From Styela clava (lineage: Eukaryota): 64,000 bases of DNA. The position numbers were made by a program, and so were the translations under genes. The stretch covers positions 1,426,001 through 1,490,000 of the forward strand of contig NC_135253.1 of assembly GCF_964204865.1 (NCBI RefSeq), written 5' to 3'. This document shows positions 51,043 through 63,300 of the stretch, piece after piece (position 1 is the first letter of the stretch; each line of letters opens with the position of its first letter). Below the pieces are notes generated by a model. It made no database searches, had not been told where the DNA came from, and was given only the letters and a program-made list of their open reading frames with translations.

Positions 51043-53451
51043 ATGCTCCTTTCAATGAGGTCTGGATTGCTTCAGTACAGTAGAAGTGCAAAATTCAAAC
51101 CGTTTTTCAATAATCGAGATCACGTTTCTACAAAATATAGGAAAACGAATTTTGCACTATCCAAATGCAAAAGGCTATTTCACACAACTAATCGCCAGGG
51201 AATCAATCCTATCTTTGCTTTGATTTTCAAAGCGCATGGAGTGAAAGTACTCAAAGGTGCAAGCATTATCTTTGGACGAACATTTAGAAAAGTTTATGAT
51301 AAGCTTCCTGAACATATTCGAGTACAGATGCAAAAACATAAGATTATATTTACTTCAATGGCTGTACTGACTCCTGCTATTGGATATTATTCCTATGTTC
51401 ACTATGACACTTGTCCGATTACCGGTAGGAAAAGATGGATCACTTTTACTCGTGATCAAGTGGTTGCCTTATCTGAACTTGATTATGAACAATTGATGGT
51501 TAATTTTAAAGGCAAGTTTGTTGAAGAATCTCATCCTATCTTTCAAAAAAATCAAATTTTGGTAAAACAACTTGTTGAAGGAAACACTGATATTGAAACA
51601 GTCAAGAATACAACATGGACCCTGCATGTGATAGATGATCCTGAAGTAACCAATGCTTTTGTGCTCCCGAACGGTCACATTTTTGTTTTCACAGGTTGGT
51701 CAAGAATTCACTCTTTGAGGACTTGAAATGTTTACACAGGTGTTAGGTTAGGTTGGTCTACTAAACACAATCCTGTGTCTCCATATAAAATTGTGATGTT
51801 AAATATTATCAAATAAACAGATATAGTTGTCGCATGGGTTTGAAAATGTATTAAATTGAACAACATTATATTTCATATGACTTTGTGAAATTAGTATTCA
51901 TTTGAAATTTTGGGAATAACTCACAACTGATACACTGAATTTATTTTGGGCGTTAGTGACTTTATGACTCTATGAATGATATTAATAAATTCTTCATCAG
52001 GAATGTTAAAAATGCTCAATACGTGGGAGGAGATGGCTGTCATACTTGGACATGAAATGTCACATGCAATTCTTGGGCATTCTCAGGTATGTTTTATAGA
52101 AATCCAATTCTAGAGAGAAGAAACCAATTCAATGTTTTATTTAAGGTTCTTTTTTGTTTGCGAGTAAATTTCAATTTGTTTTATCAATTTCGTTCATTCA
52201 ATTTTATTATGATTTATAATGATCACATTTTGCAATTATTGTAACAAACTATTTTGTGTGACTGTTATTAATTAACATTTGTTTTTAAAGGAACAACAAA
52301 GCTATCTTGCATTCGGAGAGTTACTGATGGTTCCACTGCTGGCTTTTATTTGGTTCTATTTTGAGGATTTTTTGGCATTTCTGGTGTATTCAATTCAACA
52401 ATATGTTTACCCATTGTTATTCGAATATGGATTCAACCTTCCCTACGGAAGAAAATTGGAGGTAGAAGCTGATGAAGTTGGACTACTTTTAGCAGCCAAA
52501 GCATGTTTTGATCCCAGGTTATTTCTTTTTTGTTGCTTATTTTTTCAAATTTGGGTCTCAACAACACTGGCAATTCTAGTTTGTGTTAGTTCTATCTATC
52601 ACTGAGATGCAATATGACTGATATTATGGTATTTATTTAGATGGAGTGTTTTGTTATGGGAGAAGATGGCAATGAAGGAGGCTTTGGAAGGAAACGGTGA
52701 TGCTGATGATTTCGATTTTTTATCAACACATCCCAGCAATCAGAAGAGATCTGCAATTTTGGAAGAGAAATTGCCAGAGGTGAGAATTTAAATCTTGTTT
52801 TTAATATAAAAGGGGCTTTTGTTAGTTTATTAATGGCTAAACAGTGGATGTATATTAAACTTTAAAATTCGTTCCAAGTGTTGCTTTTTTCACTATGTTA
52901 TTTTAATTTACATGAACTTATTTTTTGCATAGGTTTTGGAGATAAGAAGAAAATGTAATTGCCCACCCCTCCCTACTAATGTCAATCCTGAGGCGGTCGC
53001 CCATCAAATGCGAAGATGTGTTGAAAATATAAAAGAACGAACTGTTCTCATGGAGGAATTGGATCGAGCAACTTCAATTTTGGATCAAGAAAACTTTATC
53101 AGAGCTAACAAATTAGATTCTGCAGAAATCAAAGAACTTGAAAAGCTGAAAAAAGACTCTGAAAAAATCAGAAACAAATTACAAAAATTAGAAGATGAAT
53201 ACAATAATCTCACAAATGCGACTCAATGTTCAACAAATGAGCAAGATCAAAAGGAGGAAAAGCATCCAGGGGTACTTGCAAACATTTGGTACAACCTTAT
53301 AGGCTCAATATATACGACTGGCAAATTAACTGATACACTTTTCGAAAAAGAAAATCTCAAACTTTCTACTGTTAACATTAATAAGTCAGCATTGAAAACA
53401 ACATGTACCACATCAAATGGTAGTCTCTTGGATAATGATAAATCGAAATAA
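51043..53451 (+). CDS. OMA1: Mitochondrial metalloendopeptidase OMA1 (peptidase M48), 5 exons, about 540 aa
   Basis: Exons 51043-51694, 52001-52086, 52291-52517, 52641-52779, 52933-53451. Motifs CPITGRKR, NAFVLPNGHIFVFTG, LGHEMSH (HEXXH), LPYGRKLEVEADEVG, ACFDPR, FLSTHPS, CNCPPL. Confidence 0.95.
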
Positions 53452-54314
53452 TCTAGAAAAATCTTTTTTACAAATGTGAATATGGATCAACATATTCTTA
53501 TTCCTGGTTGTTGAAGAAGGTTCAATAGCCATTGCTATTTATAACTGCATGTGTTACAATGTACTATGATCGAATTGTATCACTTTATATATATGTTTGT
53601 CATGCCTTATTTTGTTAATAGATAAAATTGTTAGGTAATAGTCTATATATGCAAGAACATGATGATTGAATGTTTACTTTTTATTTCTTTGAAAATTCAG
53701 TGATTTTCTTCCGCTATATTTTCTAATTTATTTTTTGTAGCTGTGAAAGGATGATTCTGATTATTTTTTCAACAAAAAATTTTTGAGGCACTGTATTGTA
53801 ATTGCAATCATCATATAGTAAATAGATAACTAATTTAACGACAATATGTCAATCTTAATATGCATATAGAAGAGGTATATAACCAACAAATGTTGGTCAG
53901 AATAGTTTTTATGCACAGCTTTCATTTTATGTTTTTTTCATTGTTGCTCAGTTTGTAAGAACTATCACTTATTAAGCTTCGTTAATCTGGCCACCCATGA
54001 AAACTCATGAGAAAGCAGATGAGCCAAAAAGATTCCCTACAGAATTTTTATACAGTCAGTGGATGTCATCTCATTTTTGGTATTGATCGGGACAGAGACT
54101 ATCTTATAGACCTCTGAGTTATAAATTATTTTATCAAAATCAGTATGTGATGTGATTTTGATAAATGACTTGTTATTTTGTGCCAATGTCCATCTTGAGA
54201 ATTTGCATTATTTTAGTTCCAAATTTCAATATGACCAATTCTTTAATAATTGAATATATTTTTTTGTAGAATTGTTTAATAAAAAATTTATATTACTTAT
54301 TAGTTTGATAGACC

Positions 54315-56117
54315 ATGTCCCGCTTTCAGCGACATCTGCGTCAGCAGGCGGGTGCTTCTAAAGAAAACGGTTCTCATGCATCTCTGTCAAAAAGTTTGTT
54401 TCCACAAGCTAGGAAAACAGGACAATTAAATCTATCAAACAGGGAATATAAGGAAGTTCCAAGTGAAGTTTGGCGCCTGAATTCTCCTCCAATTGAGGGT
54501 GATGCTGATTTCGGTTCCTCAAGCACAGAAAGGTGGTGGGATCAGGTTCCATTAACCAAATTGATTCTTGCCTCTAATGCTTTGATCTCTCTCTCCGAAA
54601 AAATCTCTGTTTTCCCAGCTCTTGTTGTTTTGGATTTGCATGATAACAAATTAAGTCAACTGCCAAGTGTGATTGGTTCATTAGAAGTGTTAGAGAAACT
54701 CGATGTTAGTCATAATGAATTGGAAAGTTTGCCGTCTGAGCTTTTTATGTTGGAACGACTGAGTACTTTTTTGTTGCATCACAATCAAATTTCTCATTTG
54801 CCTGATGACATTGGACAGCTGTCATATCTTCGAGTATTGGATGCGTCACATAATAAACTACAAGCCATCCCCAGAAATCTGGCATCTATGACTGATATAC
54901 AAAAATTAAATTTTTCAAATAATCAGTTAGAAAGTTTACCAGAAGAGATTTGCCAACTCTCACACTTGTCATATTTAGACTTGAATTATAACAATCTCAG
55001 CTACCTTCCACAAAACTGGGGAAAGATGAATTCATTGAAAGAATTATATTTGAGAAATAATTCACTGACTTCTTTGCCTTTGCTGAGTAACTGCTCCAGT
55101 CTTAAAGAGTTGTATTGTGCAAGCAATAATATGAAGCATTTGGAAGTCAACAAATTGCCAGAGTCTTTGGTTATTGTAGAATTGCGTGATAATAAGATAA
55201 GCAAAATAGAAGAAGATATTGTTGCGTTGAAGGACTTACAACGTCTCGACTTGGCTAACAATGATGTTTCCACTCTGCCTCCTAGGATGGGGCTGATGGA
55301 ACATATCACTGCATTGAATGTTGATGGTAATCCAATGAGAGGTTTGCGACGTGATATAATTAATCGAGGAACATTAGCAATTATTCAGTATCTTCGAACA
55401 CGTATTGTAGACAAGGATGCTAATGCTGACAGTGAAAATGGCTCGGCACCGCAGTCATCTTTACCAGTGTCATCTGCTATGGCCGAACGTTCTAAGCTAC
55501 ACACACTCACTTCCACCAAGTCATTGGATATCAGTAATAAAGTCTGGTCCGAGAAGCTACTTGATGGCTCTGAAGAAATCCCCTTGGAAGTCATAAATAT
55601 GTCAAAAATGGGATTGTCTCAATTTCCATCTCAGATCTGTCAATTCAAAAGTTCTTTGAAATCCCTAAATATTAGTCTAAACAAAATATCAGTGTTTGGT
55701 TCAGAAATTGGCGACTTTGTTTCTCTAACACACTTGAACCTCGGCACTAATTTGCTGACAGATTTACCCGTGGAAATGACAAAGTTAAAAAGTTTAATTG
55801 AGCTGAATATAATGCAAAATCGTTTCAGCTTGTTGCCAGAATCTGTTTACTCCATGGAATCACTCGAACATCTTCTCGCTGGTGGAAACAAGATTGAAAA
55901 GATAAACATGGAAGGGTTGAAAAAGCTTACTAAGCTGTCAACTCTCGCGCTGCAGAATAATAGCATTGCACAAGTTCCACCAGAACTAGGACTTATGTCA
56001 AGTCTACGTAATCTTCAGCTGGAAGGAAATGTATTTCGAATTCCTAGGCATACCATTTTGCAACAAGGAACTCAAGCAGTTTTGGATTATTTAAAAGGGA
56101 GGGTTCCAACCAATTAA
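54315..56117 (+). CDS. LRRC40: Leucine-rich repeat protein 40, intronless, 600 aa
   Basis: ARKTGQLNLSNR and RWWDQVPLTKLILASN N-terminus; two LRR blocks capped by GNPMRGLRRDIINRGT...YLRTRI and GNVFRIPR...GTQAVLDYLKGRVP; length as for LRRC40. Confidence 0.92.
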   Translation: MSRFQRHLRQQAGASKENGSHASLSKSLFPQARKTGQLNLSNREYKEVPSEVWRLNSPPIEGDADFGSSSTERWWDQVPLTKLILASNALISLSEKISVFPALVVLDLHDNKLSQLPSVIGSLEVLEKLDVSHNELESLPSELFMLERLSTFLLHHNQISHLPDDIGQLSYLRVLDASHNKLQAIPRNLASMTDIQKLNFSNNQLESLPEEICQLSHLSYLDLNYNNLSYLPQNWGKMNSLKELYLRNNSLTSLPLLSNCSSLKELYCASNNMKHLEVNKLPESLVIVELRDNKISKIEEDIVALKDLQRLDLANNDVSTLPPRMGLMEHITALNVDGNPMRGLRRDIINRGTLAIIQYLRTRIVDKDANADSENGSAPQSSLPVSSAMAERSKLHTLTSTKSLDISNKVWSEKLLDGSEEIPLEVINMSKMGLSQFPSQICQFKSSLKSLNISLNKISVFGSEIGDFVSLTHLNLGTNLLTDLPVEMTKLKSLIELNIMQNRFSLLPESVYSMESLEHLLAGGNKIEKINMEGLKKLTKLSTLALQNNSIAQVPPELGLMSSLRNLQLEGNVFRIPRHTILQQGTQAVLDYLKGRVPTN

Positions 56118-56214
56118 AACCATCCTATTTCTAATATTAAAAGCTTAGTTTAGTGCAGCAGAAGAAAACAGCTTTAATTTGAATTATCACTTCTATTCAA
56201 TCAATGGTGTATAC

Positions 56215-56687
56215 CAGGGTAGTTCAAGATTGTCGGCTCCGCGGGCCACAAAATTATTTTTGCATTGTTCGCAGGCCACAATAAAGCCGAGAATAGGTAA
56301 ACAGTGCAATACAAAACAAACACTTTTATTGTGCAAACACATAGTTATCAGGCATAGCCATTCTAGGCTAATAGAAGCCGCATTCGATTTTTAGTTTTCT
56401 CTGATGCCTATATTGTTAGCATATATTTCGACAAAAAAGTTAGAAAACCAGATAACAATTTAGACTGACAAGCACACTATTTAACTTCGCTAGTTGCCTC
56501 AGCTAGCCATAACACTATTTAATTCAGTGACATCAGTGACGACAAAATGTCAAAAGATTTTTCTGAATAATTATGACTAAACCACACAAAATGCGATTTT
56601 TTGATTACTCTCCGAATGTGACGCGGGCCACAGATAATGAAGCGGCGGGCCACATGTGGACCGCGGGCCTGGGTTTGGACCACCCTG
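56215..56687 (+). mobile_element. Complete hAT (Charlie-like) MITE about 100 bp after the LRRC40 stop
   Basis: TIR CAGGGTAGTTCAA / TTGGACCACCCTG; 8-bp TSD GTGTATAC / GGGTATAC (7/8); GCGGGCC subterminal motifs. Confidence 0.88.
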
Positions 56688-57373
56688 GGGTATACCTTTG
56701 ATTCCGTCACTTTAAATCATCTGTTAAATATTGGACCTTGAAGTTCATTAACTTGTTTCTGGGCTTCAAAATTATGATTTAAGGTTGAATCAAGGGTATT
56801 AGGCTCAGGATTTAACTTGGTAGTGCATCAAAGTACAGCAGCTGCTGATTCAACATTTTTGCTCAAGTGTCTTATCCTAAAATGCTTCGGGATTGATAAA
56901 TACACAATCTTGATTCAATGCTTGAAAAAATATCTTGATTCCAAATGCTTGCTTGGTTGCCAAACTGGAACTGTATTCTTACGGTGGTTTTCTGCCTATT
57001 TAAAATTTTAACAATTGTGCAACTCATCTAGATAATTAGACATAAGAAAGCATATTCATTATTCCTATTACCAAAGCTTTGTTGAAGACTATGTATTTTT
57101 CAAGAATAATCATATTTTCTGATCATTCTTTTATTTTAAATAACTGAGATTATATCAGTGTGCCTTGTTCAATATACCATTTTTTCAATAATTAATTCTA
57201 TACAATTTGCTTCAGCTTGTTAATTAAATCTCATGTTAGAGAACAATCATTTCAATTATACAAATTATTTCATTTTATAGTGCATGTATCAACTGCAAAA
57301 TAGACATTCATTATTATAATAGTATGATAATTTCATGATCAAAAGTCACTGCAAATTTCACTTCGTCAACAAA

Positions 57374-60300
57374 ATGGCTAGAACACCTAAAGTGAGTAGT
57401 ACAATATAATGCTTTTGAGTGAATGCTAAGTGAGTGTATAACCCTATTCTGACTAAAGGTTTGAGTAAACTGTCCAACTCTAGGCCCTGCATTTTATTAT
57501 ATGTTAACTGCTCACATTGTTGCAAAGAACTACGTGTTGGCATGTATTATATCAAAAATTCAGTTGCACTGGAATAATGGGAAAGTTTTAAACATAGGCA
57601 GTGCAGTACACATCATTAGTACAGTACAGTACAAGTACAGATTTCTTTTTATCTTTGATCTAACAAATAAAAAATGAGTAGTATAGTTACCTTGCTTACT
57701 ATATTTGTTAAACTCTTTTTTTTTCTGTCAGGATGCAATTGTGCTATGTCTCGATGTTGGACCAGGGATGACACAAGCTCCTCCAGGTTCAGATACACCA
57801 TTAGAATCATCTATCAAAATCATTTCTATGATGTTGCAAAGAAAAGTAGGACAATGTTTTTATGCAGGCACCCTGTATTACAACATCATTATCTCTTTGT
57901 CTGATTAGCAATTTTGAATGCCAATTTTACCAATCATGCATTTATAGTGGAAAATTCATATTCATCTCACCATTGCTGATTTTTAGAAGAATAGAGTTTT
58001 TATAATTATAAATAAAACTTTTAGTACTTATGTTTAATTATTTTTGTATTGTGTCAGTAATTTGTAATATATAGCCAAGGTTAAAAATGTCTGATTGCAT
58101 TATGAGAGTGTTTCAAATTTGGCGCTAATGTTGCATTTTATGATGTTAACTTAGAATGCTACTTCAAACAATTTTTCATCATTATTATTCCAATATATAA
58201 TATGATATTCGGTAAGTTATAGATCATGGAACAAAGAAAACATAACATTGCACAATTTTATTTTTTCCAAGATATTTTCCGAGTCTAAAGATGAAGTTGC
58301 TCTGGTCTTATTTGGGACAGAAGACACACTAAACAATTTAGCTGATGATGATGGAGGTTATCAAAATATAACTGTTTCTCGTCCACTAGGTATTTCTGGA
58401 TTTGATTTGCTTGAAGACATCTCTAAAATCCATCCTGGTCCTAAAGAAACTGACTGTATCCTTTTCTAAAAAATTGCAAAAGATTGCTGAATTTCACTAA
58501 CATTATACAATTCAGTCATGTTGCCATTTAGTGATGTCAATGCTTGTATAGTTAATAAATTAGAGTTGGTACAGTATAATAAATGACAGTGTTATAGTGA
58601 TATGTACTCTTTCTATGCTGGACAAGAGGCCGTGATTTGCCATATAATTAGGCCGTCTTATCAACTTTCCTCTCCCTTGGGATAAATATGAAAATCCTAT
58701 CTATCTTCCTTAGTGAATTTTTACGGCAGTTCTGGATGCTCTTACAGTCGGTCTTGACATATTACACGAACAAACCAAGTAAGTATTTGTACTTGAAACT
58801 CATTTTAAATTGTCATTAAATCATTGTTGCAATTTGCGTGGATTTTATTATCTGTTAAAGTTGGTATCTGACTCAATATACCATCGCGTTAAAGGGCTTT
58901 TCAAAACTTACATCCTCATAAAAGTTTGTTTTGCTTACATTCTCACAAAGCAAAGCCTGGTTTTTCCAGTGCTTTAGTGGGTGATTACATTTGCACAAAT
59001 ATCAAACGAATTTGAGGATGTATAGCCATAAGTTTCTGTCTCTAAAACTATAATACAGTGTATGTTTATATTTGATAGTTTGATATATGTCTTTTCTTTC
59101 ACCACAATATTTTAGAGGCAAGAACATTGAATATCGTCGACTAATTCTTTTCACAAACTTCGATCATCAGTTCAGTGATGATAACTTAGAAGGAATTATT
59201 GGAGGATTTTGCTGTGAAAATGAAGAAGTTCAGTTGAATATAATGTAAGTTATATTTTCTTTTATAGTAATTATTTTCTCTAAAAATGAGCTAATAATAA
59301 GGTAATACCTGCTAGTGCACATGGACTGATTGGCAGACACCCAGTCATCGCATGATATTAATATAGCTACTGATAAAAGCATCCAATGTCTGTGCATCTT
59401 AAAGTTTACTGGTGTATTGGACCAAATTTAGTGAAAGATAAGGTTTCTTCAAGGTACCAGAATACTTTTCAATAGAGTAATGTTTTTGTAACTATAACAG
59501 TCTATCCTTTGGTCTCACGCATGAGGCAAAGACTAGCCATTGTGATAGCATATTCTATTCATGCTTTGTTGTAAATTTATAAACAATATTTTTCAGTGCT
59601 CCTCAGTTTGAGGAATCAGTTTCATCAGATGGTGAGGAACATGACAGTGGTTCAGATGGGGAGGGACCAAGTGTTAAAAAACCCAAATTAGAGAAATTAT
59701 CTGAAAAACCAAAAACTCCTCAACAAAGAGCAGGAGAAAGATTGATTAATAGTATGCTTGAGCAAGGAGTTGATGGATGTGCTTATTCATATGAGTGAGT
59801 ATTTTTTATCTTATAAGATAGTAGGACAACAGTAAAGAAAATGGGCAACATAATAAAACATTCCTTTCTTACTCGTTTCAATTCATGTTATAATTAATCT
59901 ATTTAGTTCACACCAGAAATAGATTTTAAAAAATTTCATCGCTATTGGAATTAAAACTGAAAAATTGATTTTGAAATTAAATGTAACACATTTTCAATTG
60001 TTTTTTCCTCTAGTCAAGCTGTTTTAGCTCTCACAGGATTTGAAAAGAAGTCAGTTCGATCTGTAGCTTGGAAATGTCATCTGACGCTCGGGAATGACTT
60101 GACCATACCATGTGCTGCTCACGTCAAAACAAAAGCAGCCACATTGAAAAAATCATGGATCAAGTAAATATCATATTTAATTGTGATCTGTGCATTTTGT
60201 GAGAAATATCGATTATGTGAGGACTACGTAACTATTATTTTTAAGTTTGCTTAAAATAAAAACTAGTTTTTCAGCTTTTATATTCTGAAAAGTTGGACTG

Positions 60301-63300
60301 AACACTGAACAGAAATGTAATGAATGATTAAGCAGTTGCATTCTATGCGTTTTAAAAAAAAAAAAATTTTATTGCCTCCAAAAATCTATACTGAGAATAG
60401 CAAGGGGTAGAATTAGGAGGGGCACTTGGAGGAGTATGGGTGGCACTTGAGTTTGATCTTTTTGTCGTAGTAAAATTGTGTACAATCTTCCCATAATGAA
60501 GGAAAATAAAACCAGGTGTTTGACAGTGGGGTTGTAAAGTTCAGTCTTTCTCTTTTTCAAGCTATTGCTAGAACTAAACGTTACAAAACCTGTAAATTTT
60601 GGACAAGTTTGTACTCTGTTAACCTGTACTAAGTATCTTGTTAACAAATTATTTAGATGTTATGCAAAAACTCAAAAATCTGATGATATTATGAAGCAAA
60701 GATATTTTGTATTGAGAAGTGATGGTCAAACAGAAGTAGATGAGGAAAATATAAGCAAAGGTTTGAAAATTGTTGTTATCTTTTCAGTCATGTTATAAAT
60801 GGGATATTTATTTTGTATTCTGCTATGAAGCAAAAAAAAACAATACACAATGCAGGCCTGAAATTCGAGGAGGTTGCCGAAATTCTAAAAGGATTTACAA
60901 CATGACACATCATAAAGTATTATATAGGCAGTTCAACCTTGTTAGTTGTTACATTAAAATTGTTTAAACAATGATATCTACAGGTTACAAGTATGGCAAG
61001 GATATAATTCCATTCAGTAAAGTTGATGAAGAGCAAATGAAATATAAAACGGAAGGAAAATGTTTGTCTATCCTGGGCTTCACAGATTCATCAAACATTC
61101 GTGTACAAGATTTGATGGATGACCAATCTCATCATATTGTTTCAGAAAAAGATGATAATGTATGTATTCTGTGAACTAGTGTTCAAAAATCAAACATAAT
61201 GAATAAGGAATGTATCTATTAAGGAATTTCAATATCAATAAAATAATGTTATGAAAAACAATGTTTGGGTGACTAGAAATTGCAATATTTGCTGAAATTT
61301 ACAGAATCTTGTAATATAAGATTTGTCATTTTTGATTCTATCAAATTATACCCATTGTTATATATTTTTGCCTTCAATATATTCTTCACAACCCAATAGG
61401 CTGCTGAAACTGCGTTATCCGCACTTGTGACTGCAATGCAGAATCAAAATGTTTGTGCCGTCGCACGATATGTTTATCGCAAAGGCACGAATCCCAAACT
61501 CATGGCACTTATGCCAAGAATAAAAGAAGAATATCGTTATCTTGTGATGATAGCTCTTCCATATGCTGAAGATTTAAGGTACTAGCCAATTAATTAGTTA
61601 TCTAATAACATGATTCCATAAATATTTTCTGCCATTATTACGATTCTTGATTGGCAATAATAACTCATTTTAGTCGAGAACCATTGAATGTAATTTTTAT
61701 TCGTATAAGAAATAATGCCTTTTCGGACCTCCAGAAGTATGTGCACCAAGATGGCGCACAACCTGAACATAGTATGTGTACCAGGTTAGGGTTCAGGTTG
61801 TGCGCCATCTTGGTGCACATACTTTGGGAGCGCCGCCTTTTCATTTGTACATCTGCATCGTATAGGCAACATTGGATCCTCTATTTATGTGCAATTGACT
61901 GTAGTTGGACAGTATAATTCGCTGTTGAATACTGTTTGCCTAATAGATATATGTAGTAAGTTGTGTTGTGACCAAATTTTTTTTGCATTCTCTAATAATA
62001 CATTTTCATTTCAGGACTTTAGATTTCCCAAGTCTTGAATCAAAAAAGAATGTGGCTCCAAGTCAAAATCAACTTTCTGCCATTGATAGTTTGATAGATA
62101 CTATGGATTTGTGCAAAGGGTGAGATTTCTATTGAAAGGAGTACAAATTAAGATTAGCACTGAATTATTCCGTTTTAATTGTTAATCTTGGAATACTTGT
62201 AAAATTGTATATTGACTCCTAGTAGTCATAAGAAAAACCATATACTTGCTTAATTTTAACAGAGAAAAAGAGTTGTATCGCCCCCGAGAGATGTTGAACC
62301 CGTATTTTCAGAGAGTGTATCAAAGTTTGAACCACAGAGCAGTCAATCCAAAGAGTTCACTGCCTCCTACAGATGATAGAATCAAAAGTATACTGGATCC
62401 AGATCAACAAATATTGGAAAGAAGTAGACTTTCTACAGCTGAAGTTAAGAAATATTTTGAGCTTGTGAAAGAAGAAGTCAAACCAAAAAAGAAATCAGGA
62501 GCAGAAACATGGGCTGCTGTGTACGTTGCTATTTATTTGTGTATTTGGAAACTAACTAACATTTTTACAATGGATATGTATATTTTGATTCATAACTAAA
62601 TTACAATAAATTTACTCAATTAGCATAATATTTTTATATTTATCACAGGTAAATGATAAGACAGTTTAAAAGTGTTAGTCATTTATTTGTACCAGATGCT
62701 GGACTTGATCGTTAATTCCGACCAGCGGTTAGGAGTCCAGCAATCCATTCCATAATTATCCAACACAGAATTCGAACCTGCAAATTCACACAGGGTGTGG
62801 TGCAATTGCAAGCGTAATTCACCATTCTTAGCATGCTGCACCAACTGCCGAACTATAGTACAAATGCATGTTCAGTCACCTTATGATTAGCTACCGAAAT
62901 TACCCTTTAACATCTGGTAGAACTCAAATTTTTTTCAATGCTCAATACAGGTCTTTGGACGATGAGGAAACCGCATCCCATAAACTGGCAAGTGGTGATG
63001 CATCTAGTTCTGGAATTACATCAATTGCACAAATAACAAGCACAGCCACTGTCTCTTCAGTTGGATCTATATCTCCAGATCAAGATTTTATCACACTGTT
63101 GAAAAATGCCGAGAATGATGCAGATATTCAGCAAAGTACGTAGTCTTGGTAGAATTTCCCATCAACTATATATATGCACCTGGCTTCTCATTGTTTTAAA
63201 ATTTTTCATTGCATGTATGCCGTCAATTAGTTAGGTTGAATAGGACTGTTCAATATCTGACGAGCCACTGCCCATTGTCTGGCTACCAGTCTATGTCGAG

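Noticed and set aside
62690-62849. tRNA gene
   Set aside because: A/B-box-like motifs are present, but spacing and stems do not give a cloverleaf; treated as a SINE.
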